Positions 40,096 through 48,751 of a stretch of 64,000 nt of DNA are shown here, in pieces. The notes under the pieces were generated by a model. It worked only from the letters and a program-made list of their open reading frames with translations. It made no database searches and was not told the DNA's origin. Numbering within the stretch: position 1 is the stretch's first letter; every line of letters starts with the position of its first letter. This DNA is from Nitrospinota bacterium (GTDB lineage: Bacteria > Nitrospinota_A > UBA7883 > JADGGD01), in assembly GCA_942491805.1 (NCBI GenBank), contig CALOCG010000022.1, positions 60,240-124,239 on the forward strand. The letters are read 5' to 3'. The position numbers and the translations under genes are program-made.

Positions 40096-41090
40096 TCACT
40101 CTTTCCCGTGCATCCATCCCGGCGATGGTAGCGAGAGGAGCGAACCGTCTGGTTTGATCACCCGGATCGGGGCGCCTCCCCCGCCGGGGGCGACGACACC
40201 GATGACGGTCGCTTCGATGGCGCCCTCGGCCACCAACTTCCCAAGCTGGCGCTCTTTCTTTGGGCTGACGGTAAAAAGCAGCTCGTAGTCGTCCCCACCG
40301 GTCACGACAGTTCGCCAATCGTCGTCACTCTTCACGATCTTCCGCGCGGCGGGGGAGAGGGGGATGTCGCCCAACCGGACCGCCGCCGTGAGTCCGCCGG
40401 AGGCTTTGAGCATCCGGGTCAGATCGAGGGCCAGCCCGTCGGAGATATCCATGCAGGCGGTGGCGAGCCGTCCCTTCAATAGAAGCCGTCCCCACGCCAC
40501 CCTCGCTTCCGGGCTCAGATACCGTTTGGTCACGGCGCCCTTTTTCCCCTCGGCCAACGCCCGCCAGCCGAGGGCGCCGTCGCCGACGGTCCCGGTGACG
40601 AAGATCAGGTCGCCCGGTTTTGCGCCGCTCCGGGTTAGCCCTCCCCGTTTCGGGAGCCCCCCCATCAGCGTTACCGTAAACGAGAGATCGGCGGGAGCGC
40701 TGGACATGTTGCCACCGATGACCCGGCAACCGTATCTCTCCAGTTCGGTGGCGAAGCCATCAAGAAACCGCTTGGCCCACGTTTCGGTGACGTCCGGGGT
40801 GAGGGAGACGCTCAATAACGCGAAGGCCGGGTCGGCGCCCATACCGGCGAGGTCGGAGAGATTCACGGCGGCCAGTCGCGCGCCGATCTGGTGGGAGTGG
40901 CCCACTCTCTTTTGAAGTGAACTCCCTCGATCATCGTATCGGTGGTGACCGCCATCGCTCCGGTCGCACCGGTCGCGCCAATGACGGCGCAGTCGTCCCC
41001 GATGGCTACCGGAACGCCGGGGATCGGTTCGGTTCCAAACCGGTTTTCCACCAACCGGATGAACCGGGATTCGCTGAGAGGAGGTCGCAT
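40096..41090 (-). CDS. thiL: Thiamine-monophosphate kinase ThiL with a frameshift after about 65 codons
   Basis: The N-terminus MRPPLSESRFIRLVENRFG...AIGDDCAVIG...TTDTMIEGVHF (ORF 40863..41090) and the remainder HQIGARLAAVNLSDLAGMGA... (ORF 40096..40905) are in different frames. The junction is at about 40895-40915. Confidence 0.8.
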
Positions 41091-41238
41091 GGCCCTATCT
41101 TCTCATTCGGACGCCGTGACGATAAAGGGGAAAACCGTCGCCCCCTCACCCCTCTGATATATCCTTGTAGAAGGAGGTCCTTCCATTTCGCTGTTTCGAC
41201 ACCGCCATGATGAAGCTCCCTTCCCCACGCGGGGAAGA

Positions 41239-41409
41239 TCAGGCCTTCGCCGCTTTGGCGATCTTGGTGGCGGTAGCTTTGCCGTAGTAAGCGCAGGCGC
41301 CTTTCTTCTGGTCCGGCTCGATCCCGGCGGCTTTGATAGCGTCTTTGAATTTCTTCTCCGACACGCCCAACTCTTTCGCCCATTTTCCGGCGGTCATCAT
41401 ATCCGACAT
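41239..41409 (-). CDS. Small lysine/alanine-rich protein (56 aa), absent from the ORF track
   Basis: MSDMMTAGKWAKELGVSEKKFKDAIKAAGIEPDQKKGACAYYGKATATKIAKAAKA with a GAGGAG RBS 7 nt upstream. The track instead shows an overlapping 125-aa ORF that is probably an artefact. Confidence 0.4.
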   Translation of the reverse strand: MSDMMTAGKWAKELGVSEKKFKDAIKAAGIEPDQKKGACAYYGKATATKIAKAAKA

Positions 41410-41505
41410 CCGTTCGCTCCTCTTGATACGTGATTTTTCGTGCCCCTTATGTAGCCGGTTTTCGCCCCGGAGGCAAGCGGCTTCGTAAGAAGCTATACTC
41501 TTCCG

Positions 41506-42975
41506 ATGTCTACCATCGATCTCGTCATCCTCGTCGTCTACGTCGGCGGCGTCACCCTCTTCGGCATGACCTTCGCCAAAGAGGCGTCGACCCCCGCCGG
41601 CTTCACCGCCGCCAACCGGAACCTGCCGGGGTGGCTGGTCGGTCTCTCGATCTTCGGCACCTATCTCTCCTCCATCTCGTTCCTAGCCCTACCGGGAAAA
41701 GCCTATAACGACGGTTTCGCCCCGTGGGCCTTTTCCCTTTCGCTCCCGGTAGCGGCGTTTGCGGCGGTCCGTTGGTTCGCCCCCCTCTATCGAGAAATGG
41801 GCGCCATCTCGGCCTACGCCTACCTGGAGCGACGGTTCGGCCTTTGGGCGCGACTCTACGCCATGACCTGCTATCTCCTGACCCAGATCGCCCGGATGGG
41901 GACGATCCTCTATCTGGTGGGGCTGGCGCTGGTCCCCTTCACCGGCCTTGACGTGGCGACGCTGATTATTGCGGCCGGGATTCTGGTGACCGCCTATACG
42001 GTGATCGGCGGGATCGAAGCGGTGATCTGGACCGATGCGGTGCAGAGCGTGGTGTTGACGGCGGGGGCGCTGGTTTCGCTCGGCTACCTCCTCTTCGCGG
42101 CGCCGGTGGGGGCGACCGATATGGTGACCACCGCTTTCGACGGGGGACGGCTCTCCCTCGGCTCGTTCGCGTTCGACGTCACCGCCGCCGGGTTCTGGAC
42201 GGTCTTTCTCTACGGCTTGGCGATCAACCTGCAAAACTTCGGCGTCGATCAGTCGTACGTGCAGCGCTACCAGACGGCGGCGTCGATGGCCGACGCGCGA
42301 CGGTCGATCTGGCTCGGGGCGATGCTGTACCTGCCGGTGTCGGGCCTCTTTCTTCTCATCGGCGCTCTTCTCTACGCCTGGCACACCCACGCCGGGGGGC
42401 TTCCCGCCGAGATCGCACCGGATAAGATATTCCCTCTGTTCATCGCGGAGACGTTGCCGACGGGGGTGGTGGGAATCGTCATCGCGGCTCTCTTCTCGGC
42501 GGCGATCAGTTCGGTCGATACGTCCCTCAACTCGTCGGCGACGATCCTCATGAGCGACGTCTATCTCCGGTTCGTCCGCCCCGACGCCGACGACCGGGCG
42601 ACGATGCGGTTCCTTCGGGTCACGTCGGTGGTCATGGGGCTCCTCGGCATCGGCGGGGCGCTGACGATGATCTCGGCCAAAGGGGCGCTCGACATCTGGT
42701 GGAGCTGGGCCGGGGTCTTTAGCGGCGGGATGCTGGGGCTCTTCCTGCTCGGCGTCGTGACCCGTACGACGAAAAGCGCCGATGCGGCCATGGGCGCCGC
42801 CGCAGGGGTGGCGGTGATCGTCTGGGCCACCGGAACGGGGAAGTTCGGCTGGACCCCGGCGCCGCCGTTCAATGCGCTGCTCACCATCGTAGCGGGGACG
42901 TTGACGATCTTCGTTGTCGGCGTGGCGCTGGCGCGGGTAAAGACTACCTTTCGGGGTGATGCGAGGTTACAATGA
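41506..42975 (+). CDS. Sodium:solute symporter family transporter
   Basis: 489 aa, about 13 TM helices. SSF-type N-terminus (LVILVVYVGGVTLFGMTFAK, GLSIFGTYLSSISFLALPGKAY). Confidence 0.85.
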   Translation: MSTIDLVILVVYVGGVTLFGMTFAKEASTPAGFTAANRNLPGWLVGLSIFGTYLSSISFLALPGKAYNDGFAPWAFSLSLPVAAFAAVRWFAPLYREMGAISAYAYLERRFGLWARLYAMTCYLLTQIARMGTILYLVGLALVPFTGLDVATLIIAAGILVTAYTVIGGIEAVIWTDAVQSVVLTAGALVSLGYLLFAAPVGATDMVTTAFDGGRLSLGSFAFDVTAAGFWTVFLYGLAINLQNFGVDQSYVQRYQTAASMADARRSIWLGAMLYLPVSGLFLLIGALLYAWHTHAGGLPAEIAPDKIFPLFIAETLPTGVVGIVIAALFSAAISSVDTSLNSSATILMSDVYLRFVRPDADDRATMRFLRVTSVVMGLLGIGGALTMISAKGALDIWWSWAGVFSGGMLGLFLLGVVTRTTKSADAAMGAAAGVAVIVWATGTGKFGWTPAPPFNALLTIVAGTLTIFVVGVALARVKTTFRGDARLQ

Positions 42976-43011
42976 AAAAATACATTTCATTCGATTCGGG
43001 AGGGCGCGCCG

Positions 43012-43512
43012 ATGGTGCGAAGCGGTCTGACGGCGCTGGCCCTCTTGTTGGCGTCGACCGGTTGTGGCGGCGGTGGCGCGACATCGACTGACACCAATGG
43101 CGGCGACGCTGCGACGACGTCGTACACCGGCGAACTGTCCCACGCGTTCACCCGAACGGCGAGCATGACGATGGCGGTCGGTTCGTGCTCCATGACCGGG
43201 CCGATCGATATGACGATCGACGCAAGTGGTAACGTCTCGGCGACGACCGGGTCGCCGACCAGCGATGTGACGGTGGCCTGCCAATACCTCGACGAAATCT
43301 ACGCGGCCCGGTGGGCCGGAACGACCGACGGGTCGAACTTCACCCTGATCGGATCGGCGTCCGGCCCGCACGCGCGCCTGAACGCCGACGCCTCGGGAAC
43401 CTATACCGCGACCGCCGTCGACGGAACCGGGTCGGGAACGGTGACGGTCAACGGGGCGGCTCAGTCGTGGACCGCTTCGACGTCGATCACCTTCCACTTG
43501 ACGGCGCAGTAA
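43012..43512 (+). CDS. Putative lipoprotein, Thr/Ser/Gly-rich
   Basis: Lipobox LLASTGC, low-complexity mature region. Confidence 0.5.
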   Translation: MVRSGLTALALLLASTGCGGGGATSTDTNGGDAATTSYTGELSHAFTRTASMTMAVGSCSMTGPIDMTIDASGNVSATTGSPTSDVTVACQYLDEIYAARWAGTTDGSNFTLIGSASGPHARLNADASGTYTATAVDGTGSGTVTVNGAAQSWTASTSITFHLTAQ

Positions 43513-43550
43513 CCTCCCCCACTTATCTTTTCCGCAAAGGAGCCGCAACG

Positions 43551-44309
43551 ATGGCGATGGAATTCGAGGGGTATTTCAACAAACAGGCGCCCGACTACAA
43601 AGCGTTTCGGCCCGATTACCCGAACGCGCTCTACGAGGCGCTGGCCGACCGGCTCGACCGGCGGGAACGGGCGTGGGACGCCGGGTGTGGTTCGGGACAG
43701 TCGACGGTGAAACTGGCCGACTGGTTCCAAGAGGTGACCGGAACCGATATCTCGGAGGAGCAGATCTCGCACGCCCCGACGGTCGCCAATGTCGATTACC
43801 ATGTCGGTCCGGCGGAACGGGCGCCGCTACCGGACGGGTCGGTCGATCTGATCTCGTCGGCGCAGGCGGCCCACTGGTTCAATCTGGAGGAATTCTATAA
43901 CGAGGCGAAACGGGTCGCCCGACCCGACGGCTCGTCGCGAATCGCGCTCTGGACCTACAATTTGCCGAGCGTGAACGAGGATGTGGACGACGTTCTGACC
44001 GGCTACTACAAAAGAACGGTGGGAGCGTTCTGGCCGAAACAACGCCGCCTCGTCGAAAAGAATTACGCAGATCTGCTCTTCCCGTTCGAGAACAAGGAGA
44101 CGCTGACGTTCACCATGACGAAGGAATGGAGCGTGACGCAGTATCTCGGGTTCCTCCACACCTGGTCGGCGACGCAGCTCTACAAGGAGAAGAAACAGGA
44201 AGACCCGGTGGAGAAAATCCGGATGGAACTCCTGAAGGCGTGGAAATGGGTCGACAAGAACCAGACGGTCTCCTGGCCGATCACCTGCCTCGTCGGGAAG
44301 ATAGGATAG
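43551..44309 (+). CDS. Class I SAM-dependent methyltransferase (type 11)
   Basis: Start MAMEFEGYFNK with a GGAG RBS. Motif I AWDAGCGSGQST. Confidence 0.75.
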   Translation: MAMEFEGYFNKQAPDYKAFRPDYPNALYEALADRLDRRERAWDAGCGSGQSTVKLADWFQEVTGTDISEEQISHAPTVANVDYHVGPAERAPLPDGSVDLISSAQAAHWFNLEEFYNEAKRVARPDGSSRIALWTYNLPSVNEDVDDVLTGYYKRTVGAFWPKQRRLVEKNYADLLFPFENKETLTFTMTKEWSVTQYLGFLHTWSATQLYKEKKQEDPVEKIRMELLKAWKWVDKNQTVSWPITCLVGKIG

Positions 44310-44317
44310 GAGAGGAG

Positions 44318-44344
44318 TCCACCTTTCTTGACAAGAAAGGTGGA
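44318..44344. terminator. Stem-loop (perfect 12-bp inverted repeat) after the methyltransferase gene
   Basis: TCCACCTTTCTT-GAC-AAGAAAGGTGGA. Confidence 0.45.
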
Positions 44345-44361
44345 GCCAAAGAACTTCGCCT

Positions 44362-44400
44362 CAGTGGGGGTGAGGGACGAAGCGCCCCTCACCCCCACTG
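44362..44400. repeat. GC-rich palindromic element (15-bp stem, 9-nt loop)
   Basis: CAGTGGGGGTGAGGG-ACGAAGCGC-CCCTCACCCCCACTG. A related motif CAGTGGGGGAGGGG occurs at about 40055. Confidence 0.5.
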
Positions 44401-44496
44401 AAAGGAAAAACCTTCAGTTCACCGTTCTGTCGAGACAGGGAGACCCTTCCCCTACCCACCAGCCGACCAGCCATGACGAAGCCGGTGTCGTTATAG

Positions 44497-45102
44497 CTAG
44501 TTACTCAGTTTGAGCTTCTCTATTCTTGAATTCATCATACGTGTGACCTTACGATGCTGATCACCAATCACCGTCACATATTGGCTAACTTTCTCATCAA
44601 ATTCTGAATCACCAGCCATCGCTACCGCCATTTCGCTCAAGCGTTCGATCTCATCATTCAGTTCATGGTCAAAATACATTCCCAAGGTACCTCTTCGTAT
44701 CGCTTGCAACTCCCCCAACTTAGCAAGCTCATTCCAAATCTTTTTGTAGTCAGGGGTTTGCGCCATCTTATTTACATGCAATGAGTGCATTTGGTTCAGC
44801 TTTACAACCATTGCCGTGGTTTCTTCCAAAACCTGCTCCATGGCAATGAAGGTTCGCTCGACTACTTTTTCATGAGTCATCAGGGACGCTTTTTTCGTTT
44901 CCAGCTTCTCTGCAAAGGAATGCTCAATCCCTTTTAGCCCTTCATGAATCGTTTTGATGTCGTTGAGCTTTTCGAGTTGAGCGGCTATCTCGCCAGCCTT
45001 TCCAAGTCGGCTATCGAGATAAGGCTTAAGAATCAAAAACCAAGCGGCGGCAAAGAGGGCGCCGGAGATGCCGGATGACGACAGAATTATTTCCCAGTTC
45101 AT
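44497..45102 (-). CDS. Hypothetical membrane-anchored coiled-coil protein in a low-GC islet
   Basis: 201 aa with one N-terminal TM helix and a helical cytoplasmic domain. AT-rich codon usage unlike its neighbours. Confidence 0.6.
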   Translation of the reverse strand: MNWEIILSSSGISGALFAAAWFLILKPYLDSRLGKAGEIAAQLEKLNDIKTIHEGLKGIEHSFAEKLETKKASLMTHEKVVERTFIAMEQVLEETTAMVVKLNQMHSLHVNKMAQTPDYKKIWNELAKLGELQAIRRGTLGMYFDHELNDEIERLSEMAVAMAGDSEFDEKVSQYVTVIGDQHRKVTRMMNSRIEKLKLSN

Positions 45103-45264
45103 CTGCTGATTCTAGCATGACGATTAAATATCGCTTGGAGTGGCTTCGCAATGCCGAAAAACTTATCGACGTCGCAGAAGATATCGTTATGGCTGTGGAT
45201 GGTTGGGGGACAGGATGACGATCCACTCTTTCGTGGGAGCAGGTACCCAAAGGCCCTTCTCGCA

Positions 45265-45304
45265 CCAAAGGCCTTGAGGGGGTCTCCTCCCTCAAGGCCT
45301 TTGG
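45265..45304. repeat. Perfect 16-bp inverted repeat with an 8-nt loop, then a T-rich tract
   Basis: CCAAAGGCCTTGAGGG-GGTCTCCT-CCCTCAAGGCCTTTGG. CCAAAGGCC also occurs twice just upstream as a direct repeat. Confidence 0.55.
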
Positions 45305-45399
45305 CATAAAGTTCTTTTTGCTTCTTTTTACCCCCGGTCAGTTGAACTGGATTCCGTTCCGGGGGTACTTCGTCTTTCAAGAAAAAGAAGGTCTTCGTT

Positions 45400-46194
45400 T
45401 TAATCATCCATCGACATATCGAGATCGTCTTCGTCGTGGATGAACTTGCGGAGTTTGGCGCGGAGGCGCAAGACGCATTTCGTATGGATCTGGGAGACCC
45501 GCGATTCGGTGATTCCCAACACCTCGCCGATCTCCTTCATGGTCAGCTCCTCGTAGTAGTAGAGCGAGATGACCAGCCGTTCCTTCTCCGGGAGCATGTC
45601 GATGGCCTGGGCGATGATCCCCCGGATCTCCTCGATCCGGGCCAGCGTCTCCGGGTCGGTCTCTTTCGTCCCGGCCAGGACCTCCATCACGTCCCGTTTT
45701 TCGCCGTCCTTGTCGACCCCGCCAAGGTCTTCCACCGACATGATCGACTGCCCCGCCGCCCGGTTGAGAAGTTCGTAGAACTCCTCCAGCGACACCTCCA
45801 TTTCGTCGGCCACCTCTTGGTCGTCCGCCGGGCGTCCCAGTTTCTGTTCGAGCCGCGCGTAGGCCGAAGAGATCGACGTCGCCCGTTGTCGGACCGACCG
45901 GGGGACCCAATCTTGCGCCCTCAGCTCGTCGAGCATGGCGCCCCGGATACGAATCTCGGCGTAGGTTTTGAACTGGGTGTCTTTGTCGGGATTGAACTTT
46001 TCGATGGCGTCGATCAGGCCGATGACTCCCGACGAGATGAGGTCGTCCAGTTCGATATGAGACGGAAGACGGACCGCGAGCCGATGGGCGATGTATTTGA
46101 TAAGGGGGGAATACTCGACGATCAGCTTGTCGGCCTCCGGCGTGCCGAGCTTCAAGCCACCCGCCGGCGGTTCCGAGTAATATGCCTTGCTCAT
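45400..46194 (-). CDS. fliA: Flagellar sigma factor FliA (sigma-28)
   Basis: Sigma70 regions 2, 3 and 4 (YAEIRIRGAMLDELR, LTMKEIGEVLGITESRVSQI). Confidence 0.9.
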   Translation of the reverse strand: MSKAYYSEPPAGGLKLGTPEADKLIVEYSPLIKYIAHRLAVRLPSHIELDDLISSGVIGLIDAIEKFNPDKDTQFKTYAEIRIRGAMLDELRAQDWVPRSVRQRATSISSAYARLEQKLGRPADDQEVADEMEVSLEEFYELLNRAAGQSIMSVEDLGGVDKDGEKRDVMEVLAGTKETDPETLARIEEIRGIIAQAIDMLPEKERLVISLYYYEELTMKEIGEVLGITESRVSQIHTKCVLRLRAKLRKFIHDEDDLDMSMDD

Positions 46195-46279
46195 CGCCCC
46201 CTGGTATCGTGACGGTTCATCCGAATATATTCAAAAGATTATACGTGTATCGGAACATCAAGCGCAAGGGCGACGCCGA

Positions 46280-46519
46280 TCATTCCCCTTCCGATTTCCC
46301 CGCCGGTTTGAGCGGTATCGGCGGCGTCGGCGTTTTCACCGGACCTTCGTAGAGGATAACCGCCACCAGCCAGCCGATGAAAACAAAAACCGCTCCTCCG
46401 GCCGAAGCCCGCAAAAGAGCCGTCAACGCCCCCGTCCCGGCGGCCAACGCCACGAAGCCGGTCACCCCGAAAGCGAGCAACCCGACCCCCGCCGCGAACC
46501 GAATGACAAAATCACGCAT
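46280..46519 (-). CDS. Small hydrophobic protein between flhG and fliA
   Basis: 79 aa, two predicted TM helices. Conserved position in the flhF-flhG-fliA cluster. Confidence 0.45.
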   Translation of the reverse strand: MRDFVIRFAAGVGLLAFGVTGFVALAAGTGALTALLRASAGGAVFVFIGWLVAVILYEGPVKTPTPPIPLKPAGKSEGE

Positions 46520-46528
46520 AAGCGCCCC

Positions 46529-47392
46529 TTACCGGGCCGAGAAAATCCGGCCCCAATCGAGCCCCGCCGTGGTGGAGGTCAGCACCGAATCGGCCAGCCG
46601 TTTGATCGACGCCGTCGCCCGCGAGTTGGGATACCGTTGGCTGAAAAGTTTCTGCTCCCGCACCGACGCCGAAACCGCATCGTCCAACGCGATCCAACCG
46701 AGCATGTCGATGGAGATATTCAGACCGAACCGATCGGCCACCGCCTCCAGCCGACGGTGAACCGTTTCGGCTTCCGTCGCCGACTTCACCGAGTTGACGA
46801 TCAGTTTGAAATCCCGCTTGTCGTAATCGCGGGAGAGAACTTTCATGAGGGCGTAGGCGTCGGCGAACGAGGTCGGCTCGGAGTTGGTGACCACCGCCAC
46901 CTCATCGGCCGCCGAGCAGAAGAACATCACGTTGGCCGAGATCCCGGCCCCGATGTCGAACAAGACGATGTCGTAGGTGTCTTCCAGCGCCTCCAGTTCG
47001 GCGGTCAAAGCGAGCATCTCCGGGCCGTTCAGCTCCGAGAAAGCCCGCTGGCCCGATCCGGCGGGGAGAACGTGAATCCCGCCCGGTCCTTCGACGATCA
47101 CCTCTGCGAGACGTTTTTCGCCGTTGATCACGTGTTGCAAGTTGTAGCGGGGCGACAACCCCAGCAGGATATGGACGTTCCCCAACCCCATGTCGGCGTC
47201 GAACACCAAAGGGCGCTTACCCATCGCGGCAAGCTGGTAGGCGAGGTTGGCGACGGTGTTGGTCTTGCCGACCCCCCCTTTGCCCGAAGCGACCGCCAAT
47301 CCGCGGATGCGCCGTCCACGGGCGTCGGACAATGTATCGAGGGTCCGGGCGTCGCGAGACATTCGCCGCAACGATTCAGCCTGGTCTGCCAT
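46529..47392 (-). CDS. flhG: MinD/ParA-family ATPase FlhG (FleN)
   Basis: Deviant Walker A SGKGGVGKT. Sits between flhF and fliA. Confidence 0.85.
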   Translation of the reverse strand: MADQAESLRRMSRDARTLDTLSDARGRRIRGLAVASGKGGVGKTNTVANLAYQLAAMGKRPLVFDADMGLGNVHILLGLSPRYNLQHVINGEKRLAEVIVEGPGGIHVLPAGSGQRAFSELNGPEMLALTAELEALEDTYDIVLFDIGAGISANVMFFCSAADEVAVVTNSEPTSFADAYALMKVLSRDYDKRDFKLIVNSVKSATEAETVHRRLEAVADRFGLNISIDMLGWIALDDAVSASVREQKLFSQRYPNSRATASIKRLADSVLTSTTAGLDWGRIFSAR

Positions 47393-47410
47393 GATCTTCG
47401 TTCTCCTGAT

Positions 47411-48682
47411 TTAAGCCGACTTCCGGTTGGCCCGGAAAATACCTTGGATAAGCCGTTTCGCCCCCGCCGGTTCCAGATCTTCGGGAACACGTTGGCCGGT
47501 GGTGTAGTACGACACCGGCAATCCGGTGCGGGCGCTCTGGTTGAAGACCGGCCCCAACCGGGGGGCTTCGTCCAGTTTCGTATAGAGCAGAGCCGACACC
47601 CCCAGCGGAGCGAAGTTTTTGATGGTCTCTTCCATCTGCTCTTCACTCGACGCCGCAGAGAGGCACAACTGCACCTCCATGCGCGGGGCTTTATCGATAA
47701 ACTTTTTCAGCTCGCCGATCTGGCTCGTGTCCCGTTGGGAACGTCCCGCCGTGTCGACCAGAATCACGTCGCAATCGGCGTGGCGATGAATCGCCCGGGC
47801 CAGATCCATCGGTTGCACCGCGACTTCCAGCGGGATGTCGAGAATCTTGGCGTAAATTTTTAGTTGTTCCACCGCCGCGATACGGTAGGTGTCGATGGTG
47901 ACCAGCGCCACCTTTTTCCCCGCCATGGTCAGTTGGGCCGCCAGCTTCGCCACCGTCGTCGTCTTGCCGACGCCGGTCGGGCCGGTCAACGCCACCACGC
48001 GGGTCGCTTCCTCGTCGCCTGCCAACGTCGGCGTAAAGTCGCCGCCGAAGGTCAGGGTTCCTTTCATCCGGGAAGCGGTCACCGAGACCAGCGTCTTCAG
48101 GTCGGGCGCCGGTGCGTGAGGCCCGCTTTTTTCGATCAGCTCGTCGACGAGGGTGTCGATATATTCGGCCGCCACTCCACGATCTTTCATCAACCGCGCC
48201 AGCGAGAGGAACGAACGGGGCATCCCTTTTTCTTTTTCGATCCCCGCCTGATCGATCAGGTAGGCCATCATCGATTTCAGTTCCCGCACCTCGTCGGCCA
48301 CCGCTTCGGCGCCCTTCGGCTCGACGGAAGCCGACGAAAGTTCGCGCAACGCCACCTTCAGTTCGTCAATCCCGTCCATCAGCGGGTTCATGAGAGCGAC
48401 TGCGTCGCCCAACGCCCGATCGGGACGGGAGGAGAACCCCGCTCCGACCGACGCAGGAGCGGTGGCCGCCGGAGCGAGACGACGGGGGCGGGGGGTCGGT
48501 CGGGCCGCTTCGGCGCCGACGGCGGCGGTCACTTCCATCATCGGTCGACCGAAGACCCCAAACGATCCGGCGCCCCGGTTCACCTTCCGGGAAGAAAGGA
48601 TCACCGCGTCGGGTCCCAGGTCTTCTTTAATGAGGCGGAGCGCCTCATTCATGTCGACCGCTTCGTACCGCTTTACTTTCAT
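47411..48682 (-). CDS. flhF: Flagellar biosynthesis GTPase FlhF
   Basis: SRP-type GTPase (GPTGVGKTTT, DTAGR). Confidence 0.9.
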   Translation of the reverse strand: MKVKRYEAVDMNEALRLIKEDLGPDAVILSSRKVNRGAGSFGVFGRPMMEVTAAVGAEAARPTPRPRRLAPAATAPASVGAGFSSRPDRALGDAVALMNPLMDGIDELKVALRELSSASVEPKGAEAVADEVRELKSMMAYLIDQAGIEKEKGMPRSFLSLARLMKDRGVAAEYIDTLVDELIEKSGPHAPAPDLKTLVSVTASRMKGTLTFGGDFTPTLAGDEEATRVVALTGPTGVGKTTTVAKLAAQLTMAGKKVALVTIDTYRIAAVEQLKIYAKILDIPLEVAVQPMDLARAIHRHADCDVILVDTAGRSQRDTSQIGELKKFIDKAPRMEVQLCLSAASSEEQMEETIKNFAPLGVSALLYTKLDEAPRLGPVFNQSARTGLPVSYYTTGQRVPEDLEPAGAKRLIQGIFRANRKSA

Positions 48683-48751
48683 CGCTTGGCCAATCGGTTA
48701 TCGGTTCTTCCTACGCGGCGGAGAGATGCACACCTTATGCCACGCATTACG

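Noticed and set aside
39846-40157. A 103-aa plus-strand ORF in the smc-thiL intergenic region.
   Set aside because: It spans an AT-rich promoter-like region and the 3' end of thiL. It has no RBS or conservation signal and is probably not a gene.
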